Shown here piece by piece: positions 29,274-38,924 of a stretch of DNA of 64,000 bases. Below the pieces are notes generated by a model. That model made no database searches. It was not told the DNA's origin and saw only the letters and a list, made by a program, of their open reading frames with translations. The DNA is from an uncultured bacterium (GTDB lineage: Bacteria > Babelota > Babeliae > Babelales > Babelaceae), in assembly GCA_963717435.1 (NCBI GenBank), contig OY970332.1, forward strand, positions 1-64,000, given 5' to 3'. Position 1 is the first letter of the stretch. Each line of letters starts with the position of its first letter. The position numbers and the translations under genes were made by a program.

Positions 29274-30287
29274 TTAATGCCTTGTATTTTCTATTAAATA
29301 GTTCGCAATTCCTGGATTTATTTCCAATGGCGTTTGGTTAAGATTATTTGCATCCGCTATTAATTGCGGTCTTATTGCTAAGATTAACATAAAAATTTCA
29401 GGCTTGTTAGACTTTGCAGCTACATGTAAAGGGTTATTTCCATTTGCATCATACGCCCCCATAGATACTTTTTTTGCTAGCTCTTTAACCGTCAAGAGAT
29501 TTCCTGAATTAATAGCCTCAAAAATGGCACTTGTCTGAGCTATTCTATCTTCTATTAGCTTAATAATTTTTCCGTTTTTATGTTTATAGGCCCAGTCTAG
29601 TGCTGTTTTTTGATCTTTATTTTTGATAAATACATTGGCGCCCGACTTTATCAATATTGCAACTGTTGGTTCGATATTAGTCCATAATGCAGTTTTTCCG
29701 TCATTATCTTGTATATTTAGACTAGCTTTCGCTTTTAATAATAGCTTAATTATCTCGATATATCCCCGTTCTGATGCCCAAATTAAAGCGGTCTTGCCTT
29801 CACTATCTTGGATATTCAGATTGGCTGAGTTTGCTATTAATAATTTTGCCAAATCGATTTGACACATAAAAGCAGTCCAAATAAGAGGGGTTTGGCCTTC
29901 TTTATTTCTTAAATCCAGATTTGCGGATCTTCTTATTAATAATGCAGCTACTTCATTTATGTTATTTCTAATCGCGATAAAAATAGGAGTGCAACCGGCA
30001 TTATCTTGCAAATTAATATTGGCGCCAGAATCTAATAGTAAATTGACCATTTCTTGATGATCTTGTACTGAAGCACATCTAAGTGCCGTTAAGCCGTACG
30101 CATCTTTTAAATTAAGGTCGGCATTTGCTTGTATTAACTGCCTAACGTTTCCAATATTATTAGCTTGAACAGCTTTAATTAGTATCAGACCTAATCTTTG
30201 TCTTTCGGCTTGATTAGATTCCATTGAAAACATTAAACTTGAATTTATTAAAAGTAGACTCGAAAAAAGATAATTTATAAATTTCAT
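29274..30287 (-). CDS. Secreted ankyrin-repeat protein
   Basis: About 8 canonical repeats (G.TAL/TPL...A.LN.QD). Confidence 0.92.
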   Translation of the reverse strand: MKFINYLFSSLLLINSSLMFSMESNQAERQRLGLILIKAVQANNIGNVRQLIQANADLNLKDAYGLTALRCASVQDHQEMVNLLLDSGANINLQDNAGCTPIFIAIRNNINEVAALLIRRSANLDLRNKEGQTPLIWTAFMCQIDLAKLLIANSANLNIQDSEGKTALIWASERGYIEIIKLLLKAKASLNIQDNDGKTALWTNIEPTVAILIKSGANVFIKNKDQKTALDWAYKHKNGKIIKLIEDRIAQTSAIFEAINSGNLLTVKELAKKVSMGAYDANGNNPLHVAAKSNKPEIFMLILAIRPQLIADANNLNQTPLEINPGIANYLIENTRH

Positions 30288-30345
30288 AAATACCCCATTT
30301 ATTAGCGATTTATTGATTATATTCTATTGTAAATATAATTGCCTA

Positions 30346-30410
30346 TTAGTCAACTTCGTCAACGTTAAAGCTATTTTCGTTAGCTTCTTCTTCAGTTTGA
30401 TCACCATTTA
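30346..30410 (-). pseudogene. 3' remnant of a paralog of 28784..29260
   Basis: Encodes NGDQTEEEANENSFNVDEVD-stop; no ATG or signal peptide upstream in frame. Confidence 0.65.
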
Positions 30411-30488
30411 ATTTCTGTTTAAAATCTCTAAAAAGCGTGCTATAATTCGATATAAATTTAAATTTATAATCTATTATTAGGGGCAAAA

Positions 30489-30884
30489 ATGATTAAAAAT
30501 AAAATATTATATTATTTCGCGATTTTATTGTTAAATAATACGATACAATCAATGCAAGATGCGTGGGAAGAGTTTGCAGTAATAACAGCGGCCCAAGCTT
30601 TAAAAACTGGGGGAAATTCTCGTAATGTTGAAACTCTTAGATCGATAAATGAAAAAAATATTAAAAATGTTAAAAGATTAAAATTAGAAAAAACGGAAGC
30701 TTATACAGCAACTATAGATAACGATACTTTAATTTGCGAACTTTATCATAGCGGACAACTTAAAGGACAAATTTCTTGTAGTCGAAATGTTCGTAGTGGT
30801 CGAGGAGGGACCCTTCAAATCCCTATTGATTCAGAATATTTCTATATTTTAAAGAGCATCGCAGAACAAAACAATAGCAATTAA
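30489..30884 (+). CDS. Secreted hypothetical protein
   Basis: AGGGG RBS; signal peptide then MQD. Confidence 0.65.
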   Translation: MIKNKILYYFAILLLNNTIQSMQDAWEEFAVITAAQALKTGGNSRNVETLRSINEKNIKNVKRLKLEKTEAYTATIDNDTLICELYHSGQLKGQISCSRNVRSGRGGTLQIPIDSEYFYILKSIAEQNNSN

Positions 30885-30953
30885 CAATGAAATTCTTAAA
30901 GTCTATATTTATAATATTATTGTTAATCAATTCCAGCATATTTTCCTAGGTAT

Positions 30954-31700
30954 TTATTTTTTTTCTTTTGAAAAAGCTTTATGGTACGCATTATATGCAT
31001 TATCATTCAACGATTCTGATTCAAAGACATTGTACCAACCAGATAATTCACGAGTTGTGTTTATACTCTGGCCCTTTGGATTTTCGACCCCATCACAATC
31101 ATGATATTGGACAGTTCCATGAAAATCTGGACGAGGCAAGCTTCTTATGGGCAAATCCGAAACCGTTGTTATTAACTTAGGATCTTGTATTTCTTCTTTT
31201 GTAAGCTTAGATAATAATTCTGATTTCAATAAATTCACTGATGAATAGGCAATATCATATTCTCCAGAATCCAAGCCATCCTTTATCATATTTATCTCCT
31301 GCCGAGTTAGCAGTCGCATATATATTTTTTCACCTCTCCAATGCGAGTATTCGTCATTGCTCTCACTTAATATAATTTCAAGAATCGGATCTGAAAAATC
31401 TTTTCCTTCATTTATAAAAGCTTTGATTTCATGTTCCACAGTTTTCCCGTGAACTGTGGAACACACAAATTTTTTCAAGTACCCATACCTTAGATCTTTA
31501 TATGGCCCTGAATCCCAGCCAATGTGTCTAGCTTTATAAGCTATCATTTTGTTTGAAAATTGAGTTAAATCTTCAATGGATTTAATTTCTTTCATAGGTA
31601 TATCAGTTAACTCTTTTGGTGCATCAGCACGTTCGTCCATGCAATAAGTGCTTGCAAATAGACATGAAAATATAAGAATAAATATTCTTTGATTTTTCAT
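30954..31700 (-). CDS. Secreted hypothetical protein
   Basis: AGGGG RBS; signal peptide then MDE. Confidence 0.7.
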   Translation of the reverse strand: MKNQRIFILIFSCLFASTYCMDERADAPKELTDIPMKEIKSIEDLTQFSNKMIAYKARHIGWDSGPYKDLRYGYLKKFVCSTVHGKTVEHEIKAFINEGKDFSDPILEIILSESNDEYSHWRGEKIYMRLLTRQEINMIKDGLDSGEYDIAYSSVNLLKSELLSKLTKEEIQDPKLITTVSDLPIRSLPRPDFHGTVQYHDCDGVENPKGQSINTTRELSGWYNVFESESLNDNAYNAYHKAFSKEKK

Positions 31701-31732
31701 AAAATCCCCTAAAGTTAAATGTTTATTTAATA

Positions 31733-31990
31733 TTATACATCAAAATGTTTTAGAAATTCTAATATTTTTAGATAAAGAGATAAGTCTTGACTTGGTTCTT
31801 TTGAAACCAATCTAAAATTTGTAACTCTTTCAGGAGGCATGCTTAGAAATCCTGGCGATGGATATCTCGAATCAAATTTAATAGATAAGGTCTCTTCTTC
31901 ATCACTTTCTGAATTAATACCGTCATCTTGTTTCATAGAATTTAGAAAATTTATATTAAAAAACATTAATAGCAGAACTATTTTTTTCAT
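31733..31990 (-). CDS. Small secreted protein
   Basis: Signal peptide then MKQ. Confidence 0.55.
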   Translation of the reverse strand: MKKIVLLLMFFNINFLNSMKQDDGINSESDEEETLSIKFDSRYPSPGFLSMPPERVTNFRLVSKEPSQDLSLYLKILEFLKHFDV

Positions 31991-32065
31991 ATTTATCACT
32001 TATACTAAGTATAAAATTGTTTAAAAAAAATTAACAAACAGAATATACAACCATTAAAGCTCTTT

Positions 32066-33139
32066 ATGAAGACTTATTTTAATAAATTAAGATACATTAT
32101 TTTAGTAGCATTATTAATCAATCCCGTCATATTTTCAATGGAAAGCGCTGATAATAGTAATTTAGATCCTGAAATTAAAGAGCAACTAGAACTTCGTAAA
32201 AATATTTTAAGTTTGCCAAAAGATATGCAAATGCTGATATTGCAATATTTTTGGTGGAATCTAATAAATTATAAAGATTTTAAGAATGAACAAGAGTTAA
32301 TAGACGCTCTTAATGAGTTTAACTGCGCAAGTAAGTTATCTAATACTGTTGTTAAAGATCACCTTAAAAAATCTTTTTATCGAAATTGGCAGTTTACGTT
32401 TACGGATTTAAAAGAGAGAATAATCCATCTTAATGTTTGCAAGACTCCTATAAATTCAGAGCTTGATTTTGCCAGACAAGTGTTTGATTTTAGAGCATTT
32501 AAACTTTCAAAAATGCGTCTTCTTTCAATAGCTGGTGAACCTTATAAAGAAGCCATTAATGTGCTTTTCATTGAAAAATATGAAGAATATTATGATTCGT
32601 TTTCAAATCCTAAAGACGATGACAAAAGAGTTGAAGTTGTTGTAGAATTTTTAAAAATGGGGGCTAATCCAAATTATAAAATCTATTTCTACATTACGGG
32701 ATGTGCTCACCGGTTTGAGCGCTCAGTAATGATTAGGGCTATTTTCGGTTGTGATATACCAGTAATTCAACTATTTTTTGAATCCAAGATAGCTGTTGAA
32801 TTTAACAATCAAGAAAGTGCCGTAACACCTGCCTTAAGAGAATTTTTTAGAACTGATAAAGAAAAATGGGGCGATTTTTTAATACTTTTATTAAAAAATG
32901 GAGCTGCCCCGATTATTGATCATTCGAATGATGTAAATGTTTGGAGAGGGTTCATCCAAAGATTAAATGTAAGCGGTGAGGCTGAAGTAAGCGAATATAC
33001 GTATAATTGCTTATCAGAAGAAAGAAGTTTATATACGCTTAGAAAATATTTAGCTATTGTCTTTAAAGCTAAAAGAATACGAAGTTTATTAAAAGCAAAT
33101 TTAGAATTCCAAACTAATCCAATTACCTCTTTGCATTAG
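32066..33139 (+). CDS. Secreted F-box-like plus degenerate ankyrin protein
   Basis: ILSLPKDMQMLILQY...ELIDALNEFNCASK; FLKMGANPN and LLKNGA. Confidence 0.75.
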   Translation: MKTYFNKLRYIILVALLINPVIFSMESADNSNLDPEIKEQLELRKNILSLPKDMQMLILQYFWWNLINYKDFKNEQELIDALNEFNCASKLSNTVVKDHLKKSFYRNWQFTFTDLKERIIHLNVCKTPINSELDFARQVFDFRAFKLSKMRLLSIAGEPYKEAINVLFIEKYEEYYDSFSNPKDDDKRVEVVVEFLKMGANPNYKIYFYITGCAHRFERSVMIRAIFGCDIPVIQLFFESKIAVEFNNQESAVTPALREFFRTDKEKWGDFLILLLKNGAAPIIDHSNDVNVWRGFIQRLNVSGEAEVSEYTYNCLSEERSLYTLRKYLAIVFKAKRIRSLLKANLEFQTNPITSLH

Positions 33140-34211
33140 CAACATGTTCTTTTATTATTACCAATAAATCTTTAAGTGATTTTCTTTTCAATAGAGTCGT
33201 TGGAGTTGGATAGATCGTAAGTCTTCCATTAACAAGAAGACCAAAATATGTCCCTTGTTTATTAAACTTTTTAGCAAAAATATTATTAGCCGGTTCAAAT
33301 TGACATACGCGGCTTTTCTTACTTATTTGACCATCAGGTTTGCATTTAATTATCGATGGGAAAACGATAAGACCCCCGTTTTCGCCATATTCTTTATCAT
33401 CATCTTGGATCAATTTAAACTGATTTTTTTCACTAAGTTTATATTTGCTCGTGCCTGTATTAAATGGATGGAAGGCTCGATCTTCCGGCAAATATTCATC
33501 CAAATCCATAGACGTATATTGTTCTCGCGAAACGCTTTTTAAAATTTTACCAGTTTTTAAACTTAATAATAATATTGTGTCATAACTGCCCTGCAACAAA
33601 ATTTTTGTTCCTTTTTTATTAAATTTTACGTGGGGCCAAAAAGTTGGGCAAATATCTGTAACATCGAAGCGTTTAATTTCCTCTCCTGTTTTTGCATCAC
33701 ATATGATTATAAATTTATTTTTTATTATACGCTCTTCTAAAACATAGATAATATGTTTCCCATCTGGGCTAAATTCCGCTGCATGTTGAACCTCTTGCCA
33801 CTCATTTATGGGCTTAATTGTAAATACTATGTTACCAGTCTTTTTTTCTATCATATACCCTCTAAAAGGGTTATATTCTTGTACAAAAAGATATTTGCCA
33901 CATGGGCTAAATGTGAAATCATGAGCATAAATGTTTTTGTACTTGAATTTAGAAGTTGTAAATTCTGGACCGGGCTCTTCATAGGGTATTTCGTAAGCCA
34001 CGCCATTTTGTTTACATTTTGCCCAGACTTGAGGGTTGTTCCAATATTTTTCCAATACACCAGATAGTTTGCACAGATTTAGAGCTTCTTTTTTAGTTTC
34101 ATTATATTCTTCTAATTTGTCCAAGCAATCGACGCAGTTCACTCCCCAACCCATGCAGTTACTGATATTAGTATTTATCAGCGCGAAGAATAACAAAATT
34201 AACTTTATCAT
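33123..34211 (-). CDS. Secreted WD40/beta-propeller-like protein
   Basis: FSPCGKYL, FSPDGKHI, FNKKGTKI and FNKQGTYF blade motifs. Confidence 0.75.
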   Translation of the reverse strand: MIKLILLFFALINTNISNCMGWGVNCVDCLDKLEEYNETKKEALNLCKLSGVLEKYWNNPQVWAKCKQNGVAYEIPYEEPGPEFTTSKFKYKNIYAHDFTFSPCGKYLFVQEYNPFRGYMIEKKTGNIVFTIKPINEWQEVQHAAEFSPDGKHIIYVLEERIIKNKFIIICDAKTGEEIKRFDVTDICPTFWPHVKFNKKGTKILLQGSYDTILLLSLKTGKILKSVSREQYTSMDLDEYLPEDRAFHPFNTGTSKYKLSEKNQFKLIQDDDKEYGENGGLIVFPSIIKCKPDGQISKKSRVCQFEPANNIFAKKFNKQGTYFGLLVNGRLTIYPTPTTLLKRKSLKDLLVIIKEHVANAKR

Positions 34212-34261
34212 CGAAAATCTCCTTAATTAAACTTTTTCAACCCATATTTACTTTGGTGTGC

Positions 34262-35044
34262 TTATATCTTCTTAGCAACCGTAAGTATTCTATCAGTTTT
34301 GCCTTCAACAAATTTTGACCCATCAATGCCTAATTGTTCAAGCACTTCAAAACCATTTCTTTCTAACATATCTTTAAGCTGCGGCGCCGAATAAACTTGT
34401 AAAGTTTGGAAACTTTGGGATATTTTGGGTTTCTCAGAATCTTTTTGTTCATGTGAAATTGTATAAGATGCCAAAATTCCATCTGCGCTTATCGTGCTAT
34501 ATTGAATATCTCGAATTTTGATATCCCCAGTAATCTTTTGCCAGTCGATAGTCAGCGTGGTTATATTATTGTCTTTTAATAGATAATCTAAATTGTTTAT
34601 GTCGAAAATATAAATGCCACCAGGTTTTAGGTTGCTATTTATATTTCGCATGGCTTTTTCAAAATCCAATTTAGTAAGATGGCCTACTGAATTAAATATT
34701 GTGATAACTGCATCAAATTTACCCACGTAAAAATTTCGCACGTCACCTTCAAGAAATTTTATATCTAACTTTTCTTGTTTAGCTTTATTTTTTGCAACTT
34801 TGAGCATTAGGGTGCTTATATCTGCCCCAGTTATATCGTAGCCAGCTTTTGCAAGCCAGAATACTTGCGACCCTGTGCCGCATGTAAGATCAAGAACAGT
34901 TTTGACTTTGTGATCTTTTAGTATCTTTTCTATTGTGCTGTTTATTACTTTAGAATTTTCTTCATTAAATTCGTCGTAATTTCTAGCATCTTTATTATAA
35001 TGCGATGCTTTTGCGCTAGAGTGAGATAAATTTTCTTTGTTCAT
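34262..35044 (-). CDS. Class I SAM-dependent methyltransferase
   Basis: VLDLTCGTG, GADIS..ML, FDAV, LKPGGIYIFD. Confidence 0.92.
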   Translation of the reverse strand: MNKENLSHSSAKASHYNKDARNYDEFNEENSKVINSTIEKILKDHKVKTVLDLTCGTGSQVFWLAKAGYDITGADISTLMLKVAKNKAKQEKLDIKFLEGDVRNFYVGKFDAVITIFNSVGHLTKLDFEKAMRNINSNLKPGGIYIFDINNLDYLLKDNNITTLTIDWQKITGDIKIRDIQYSTISADGILASYTISHEQKDSEKPKISQSFQTLQVYSAPQLKDMLERNGFEVLEQLGIDGSKFVEGKTDRILTVAKKI

Positions 35045-35056
35045 AATTATACGTTT

Positions 35057-36577
35057 TTACTTTTTCTTTAAACTAAAAAAATTTTTTATTTTTTCAAGCT
35101 TAGTTTTAGGCTTTCTAAAAGATTCCATAAATTTTTCATCGGGCTGCCAAAATTCTACAATCTGTTGTGCGATTTCTTCTGGAAATGGTGGGTCCGCACG
35201 AAGCAACATTCTAAGTATAAAACTTTTTAATAAATAAAGCTGTATCGCCTTTTTTACTTCAGGACGAAATAGTTCGTCTTTTGCGACCCAGCTTTTTAAT
35301 AACAGATTGGTCTTGGGGGAAGATAATAATAATTTAAGCAGATCTTGGTATTCTTCTTTGGGGCCGTCAGGTTCATGGGACAACACAAAAAGATATCTGA
35401 AGAAATCTCTTAAGAAAAAAAGTTTTTGGGGACCAGATTCAAATTTATCAAAATTTTGGATTAAATATTTTGCAATAACATTAACGTTATTCAGCTGAAT
35501 CTGATTATTTAGACTATAAGCGTTGTCTTGCATCTCATCCATCAGACAATAAAACACAAGATTGCCAAAATATGCGTTTGCCGACCAAATATTAAATAAG
35601 TTACTAATTCTTTGTCCATCCTGAGAATTCCAGAAAATCAAAAGGGAATATAGTGTGGCCAAAGTATCTAAATCTAGATACTTTTTTTTGTATTTATTTT
35701 CTTTGTCAGATATTACTTTAATAAAGTTTTTACCCAATAAAATTTTCAATTTTAGATCTGGATTTCGAAAACTACCAATTGGAAACTCTCTGAAATTTTC
35801 AATCAATTTGGTATCTATTTCTTGATTATCTTCTATTTCGTAATTGGGAATTATGACATTATCTTGGGCCTGTTCGATATTTTCTTCATGCCATTTTATA
35901 TTTTCTTTAAGGGTTACTACATCCTGCACGCTATACGACTTGCCACCTGTATTTTTTTTATCAAGTTCTACTGCAATATCCAGAGCCAATGCATTTTCAG
36001 CATAGTTTGCCGGTATCCAACCATAAGTTGATCTTCCCGCAAATAACTTATTTTCTATAATAATTTTGGGGTTTTTTATTACTACACCTTCGGGGTTATC
36101 AAATAAGACATCGAAGCTACATTTTTGCCCATTATTTTCTAAATAAAAAATTACGGAATTATCTCCATAATCACGCGCCAATGGATCAGCCCCATTGGCC
36201 AATGCTTGTTGTACAATTTCCAAAGAAGCAATTTCGCAAGCATGCAACAATATATAATCCCAACTTTTTTGTTTCAATTTAGGATCATTAAAGCCAGACA
36301 AAGATTTCAATGTTTTATCGCCAAGTATCGGGCATAAATACATGAACCCTTTAATTTGTTTTTTGCGAAAATAATAAGAAAGCTGGCCTCCTGATTCTTT
36401 TTCTATTAAAAGCAAGCGAACTAGCACACCTCGGGTACTATATCTAACGATCCGGCAACCTGATAATATTTGAAACGTTTTATCAACTGTTTTTGATTCG
36501 GGTTCTTCTATAATTGCACAAAAGCTACTAAAGCAGCTTAAAGCTATAAATAGTAATTTGATAAAATTTTTCAACAT
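35057..36577 (-). CDS. Secreted ankyrin-containing protein, paralog of 4866..6353
   Basis: LLHAC...LANGADP; DYGDNSVIFYLENNG; YLDLDTLATLY; PPFPEEIAQQIVEFW. Confidence 0.8.
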   Translation of the reverse strand: MLKNFIKLLFIALSCFSSFCAIIEEPESKTVDKTFQILSGCRIVRYSTRGVLVRLLLIEKESGGQLSYYFRKKQIKGFMYLCPILGDKTLKSLSGFNDPKLKQKSWDYILLHACEIASLEIVQQALANGADPLARDYGDNSVIFYLENNGQKCSFDVLFDNPEGVVIKNPKIIIENKLFAGRSTYGWIPANYAENALALDIAVELDKKNTGGKSYSVQDVVTLKENIKWHEENIEQAQDNVIIPNYEIEDNQEIDTKLIENFREFPIGSFRNPDLKLKILLGKNFIKVISDKENKYKKKYLDLDTLATLYSLLIFWNSQDGQRISNLFNIWSANAYFGNLVFYCLMDEMQDNAYSLNNQIQLNNVNVIAKYLIQNFDKFESGPQKLFFLRDFFRYLFVLSHEPDGPKEEYQDLLKLLLSSPKTNLLLKSWVAKDELFRPEVKKAIQLYLLKSFILRMLLRADPPFPEEIAQQIVEFWQPDEKFMESFRKPKTKLEKIKNFFSLKKK

Positions 36578-36678
36578 AAAATTGGGCTTTCAAATACTTT
36601 TATTATCTTTGTAATTTTGGCCACCATATTGTAAATTATAATAAATCGCCGGGTCAATTATTTGGGAAATTTAAGAAG

Positions 36679-36717
36679 AAAAAAGAGGGATAAGAAATAT
36701 TTCTCATCCCTCTTTTT
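36679..36717. terminator. Intrinsic terminator
   Basis: AAAAAGAGGGAT...ATCCCTCTTTTT long hairpin. Confidence 0.75.
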
Positions 36718-36736
36718 ATAAAATTATTTAATTAAA

Positions 36737-37345
36737 TTACTTAGTTTTTTCTAAAATCAAATAATTCAAGATATTGACATAAACTCTATGCTTAAATTTT
36801 GCAAAGAATCTGTCATATGCAGCAAGTTTTGATGCCAACCCCAATCCTAGCAAACCGGCACCGACTATTGCCATTTTTTCTGCACTTTTGTCATTTAGAT
36901 TAGAGCTAATTTTTTCGGGTAAAAGCTTATGACCAATAGCCGAAGTTAAAATTCCAGCAAATCCCAGATAATTACCAAGTTTGTTGGCTTTTTGATCTAT
37001 AGCATTAGGTTCTTTTAAAATTTTTTCGATATTCTTATTAACCTGAGGAATAAGATATTTTTCTATAAAAGCAGCTTTATTTTTCTGACCAAATTTATCC
37101 TGAAACTCTTTTAAAGTTGACTTTAATACCTTAAAATCACAATTATCTATAGAATTTAATGCTTGATGCTTTAAATCTACATATTTTTGTCGTTCTTCAA
37201 GCTGTTTAAGACTCCTAAATGCCCAAAGGTATAACATCTCTTTATCTGAATCTGTATATTCTGGCTTAGCCTCACCTGGAAGCGATAGAGCCGCACAGGT
37301 TAGATTCATGGTAAATATTAATGATAAAATTACTGTTTTTTTCAT
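36737..37345 (-). CDS. Secreted protein with a two-TM hairpin
   Basis: GGAG RBS; signal peptide; two Gly-rich hydrophobic helices. Confidence 0.7.
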   Translation of the reverse strand: MKKTVILSLIFTMNLTCAALSLPGEAKPEYTDSDKEMLYLWAFRSLKQLEERQKYVDLKHQALNSIDNCDFKVLKSTLKEFQDKFGQKNKAAFIEKYLIPQVNKNIEKILKEPNAIDQKANKLGNYLGFAGILTSAIGHKLLPEKISSNLNDKSAEKMAIVGAGLLGLGLASKLAAYDRFFAKFKHRVYVNILNYLILEKTK

Positions 37346-37440
37346 AAAAAATGTCTCCATTTTGAAGCTGTTTTACTATAATTTAAGTGTATCAAATGGG
37401 ACAGGTTCTTCAACAGCCCTATATTGACTGACAATTCAAT

Positions 37441-38715
37441 TTAACCTTTATACTTCTTCAAAAGCTCTATTATCTCTTTTAAACTCTTAACATTAGAATC
37501 ATTTGAAAGTGTATTACTTCGACCTAATTGCCAATTAGTTTTATCAACCATAGACATATTATTCCAAAGTTCACTTTCACGTTCTTTTAAAAATTTATTT
37601 GCATAATCCAACGCAGATTCGCCATTCCGGTCTTTAAGCTTTGTGTCAGCTCCATTTTTTAACAAGATTTTTAAAATATCTACGGTTGCAGGCATGAAAT
37701 TTGTCAATTTGTGCATCGACATAATTGTATAATGTAATGGCGTGCGACCATTTTGATCCTGAATGTTAGGATCGGCTTTAATTTTGGCATCCTCAAAAAA
37801 ATATTTAATGAGTTCAATGTAATTATTAAGCGAAATGAAACTTAATAGGGGCAGTCCAGATTGCAGTACAAAATTTGGATCGGTTCCATATTTGAGTAAA
37901 AGCTTAACGCGCTTAATATAATCTTGGGCAGCTTCATAAGCCTTTTTTTCACGTGAATTATGATCTATACCTGAGTTTTTATAGTCATAAATAGCATGAA
38001 GACAAATTGTGTGAAATATTAATTTTTGAGAATCATAATTACTTATGACCGAAGCTAAAAACTTTGTGTTTCCATATCCCGCTCGATAGTCTATTATGTT
38101 TGGATTTAACCCAGCCTTAAGAAGCATTTCTAAGTCATCATTATCAATTACTGAAATATTTTTTAATATAAAACTTTTAACTAAATTATTTTGTTCTTGA
38201 AGAAGATATTTTAGCCAATTAAATGCTCCAAATCTTTTTACAAAAGATAAAATTTTAAGCGCGATGTCGATTCGATACGCTTCTACAGATTCAACTGCGG
38301 ATATATCTTCGGTATATACTTCAGATATCAAGTTATCAATTAAATCCCATTTTAACCTTGTAAACTGCTTCGCAAATGTTTTGGTTGAATTTCCAGGGAC
38401 AATCAACTTCTTATATTCAGGATCAATTTTTTCTTTGTTTTTAAGATAATCTTTAACTGCTTCATTTGTAGCTTTGTTCGCAGCATTAAAAGTATTTAAA
38501 GTATCAATTAAATCTTGCTCAGATTTAAAATCAGTACGCTTAATTAATTTATCAAAATAAAGTTTAGCAACTTCTTTGCTCATATCTTTAGGCAATTTTT
38601 TAATATTCAAAGCTAAGTTTTGTTGCTCAGAGTCTAACGGATTAATGTCACTCTCCATTGCGCCGATATTGGCACAAATTACGGCGCTCAAGGCCAGAAT
38701 CCTAAAAAACTTCAT
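37441..38715 (-). CDS. Secreted F-box-like plus ankyrin protein
   Basis: GGAGG RBS; IKKLPKDMSKEVAKLY...DLIDTLNTFNAANK; DQNGRTPLHY and GESALDYA. Confidence 0.82.
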   Translation of the reverse strand: MKFFRILALSAVICANIGAMESDINPLDSEQQNLALNIKKLPKDMSKEVAKLYFDKLIKRTDFKSEQDLIDTLNTFNAANKATNEAVKDYLKNKEKIDPEYKKLIVPGNSTKTFAKQFTRLKWDLIDNLISEVYTEDISAVESVEAYRIDIALKILSFVKRFGAFNWLKYLLQEQNNLVKSFILKNISVIDNDDLEMLLKAGLNPNIIDYRAGYGNTKFLASVISNYDSQKLIFHTICLHAIYDYKNSGIDHNSREKKAYEAAQDYIKRVKLLLKYGTDPNFVLQSGLPLLSFISLNNYIELIKYFFEDAKIKADPNIQDQNGRTPLHYTIMSMHKLTNFMPATVDILKILLKNGADTKLKDRNGESALDYANKFLKERESELWNNMSMVDKTNWQLGRSNTLSNDSNVKSLKEIIELLKKYKG

Positions 38716-38830
38716 AAAAACCTCCAATATTCTATTAAATCTGTAAAGACTCGTAAATTTCCATTTTTAGCATATATTATTATAATATCAGACTTAATCT
38801 CCAAATAGCAATATCAACCCCCTGGGGCTT

Positions 38831-38858
38831 TTGACATAGAATTACCCTGATTTATACT
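38831..38858 (+). promoter_or_regulatory. Putative sigma70 promoter
   Basis: TTGACA-16 nt-TATACT. Confidence 0.55.
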
Positions 38859-38924
38859 ATTACTATAAAGGGTTATTATATCTTAACTTATATTTTGAAC
38901 CTGTTTTAACCTGTAATTTAATAA

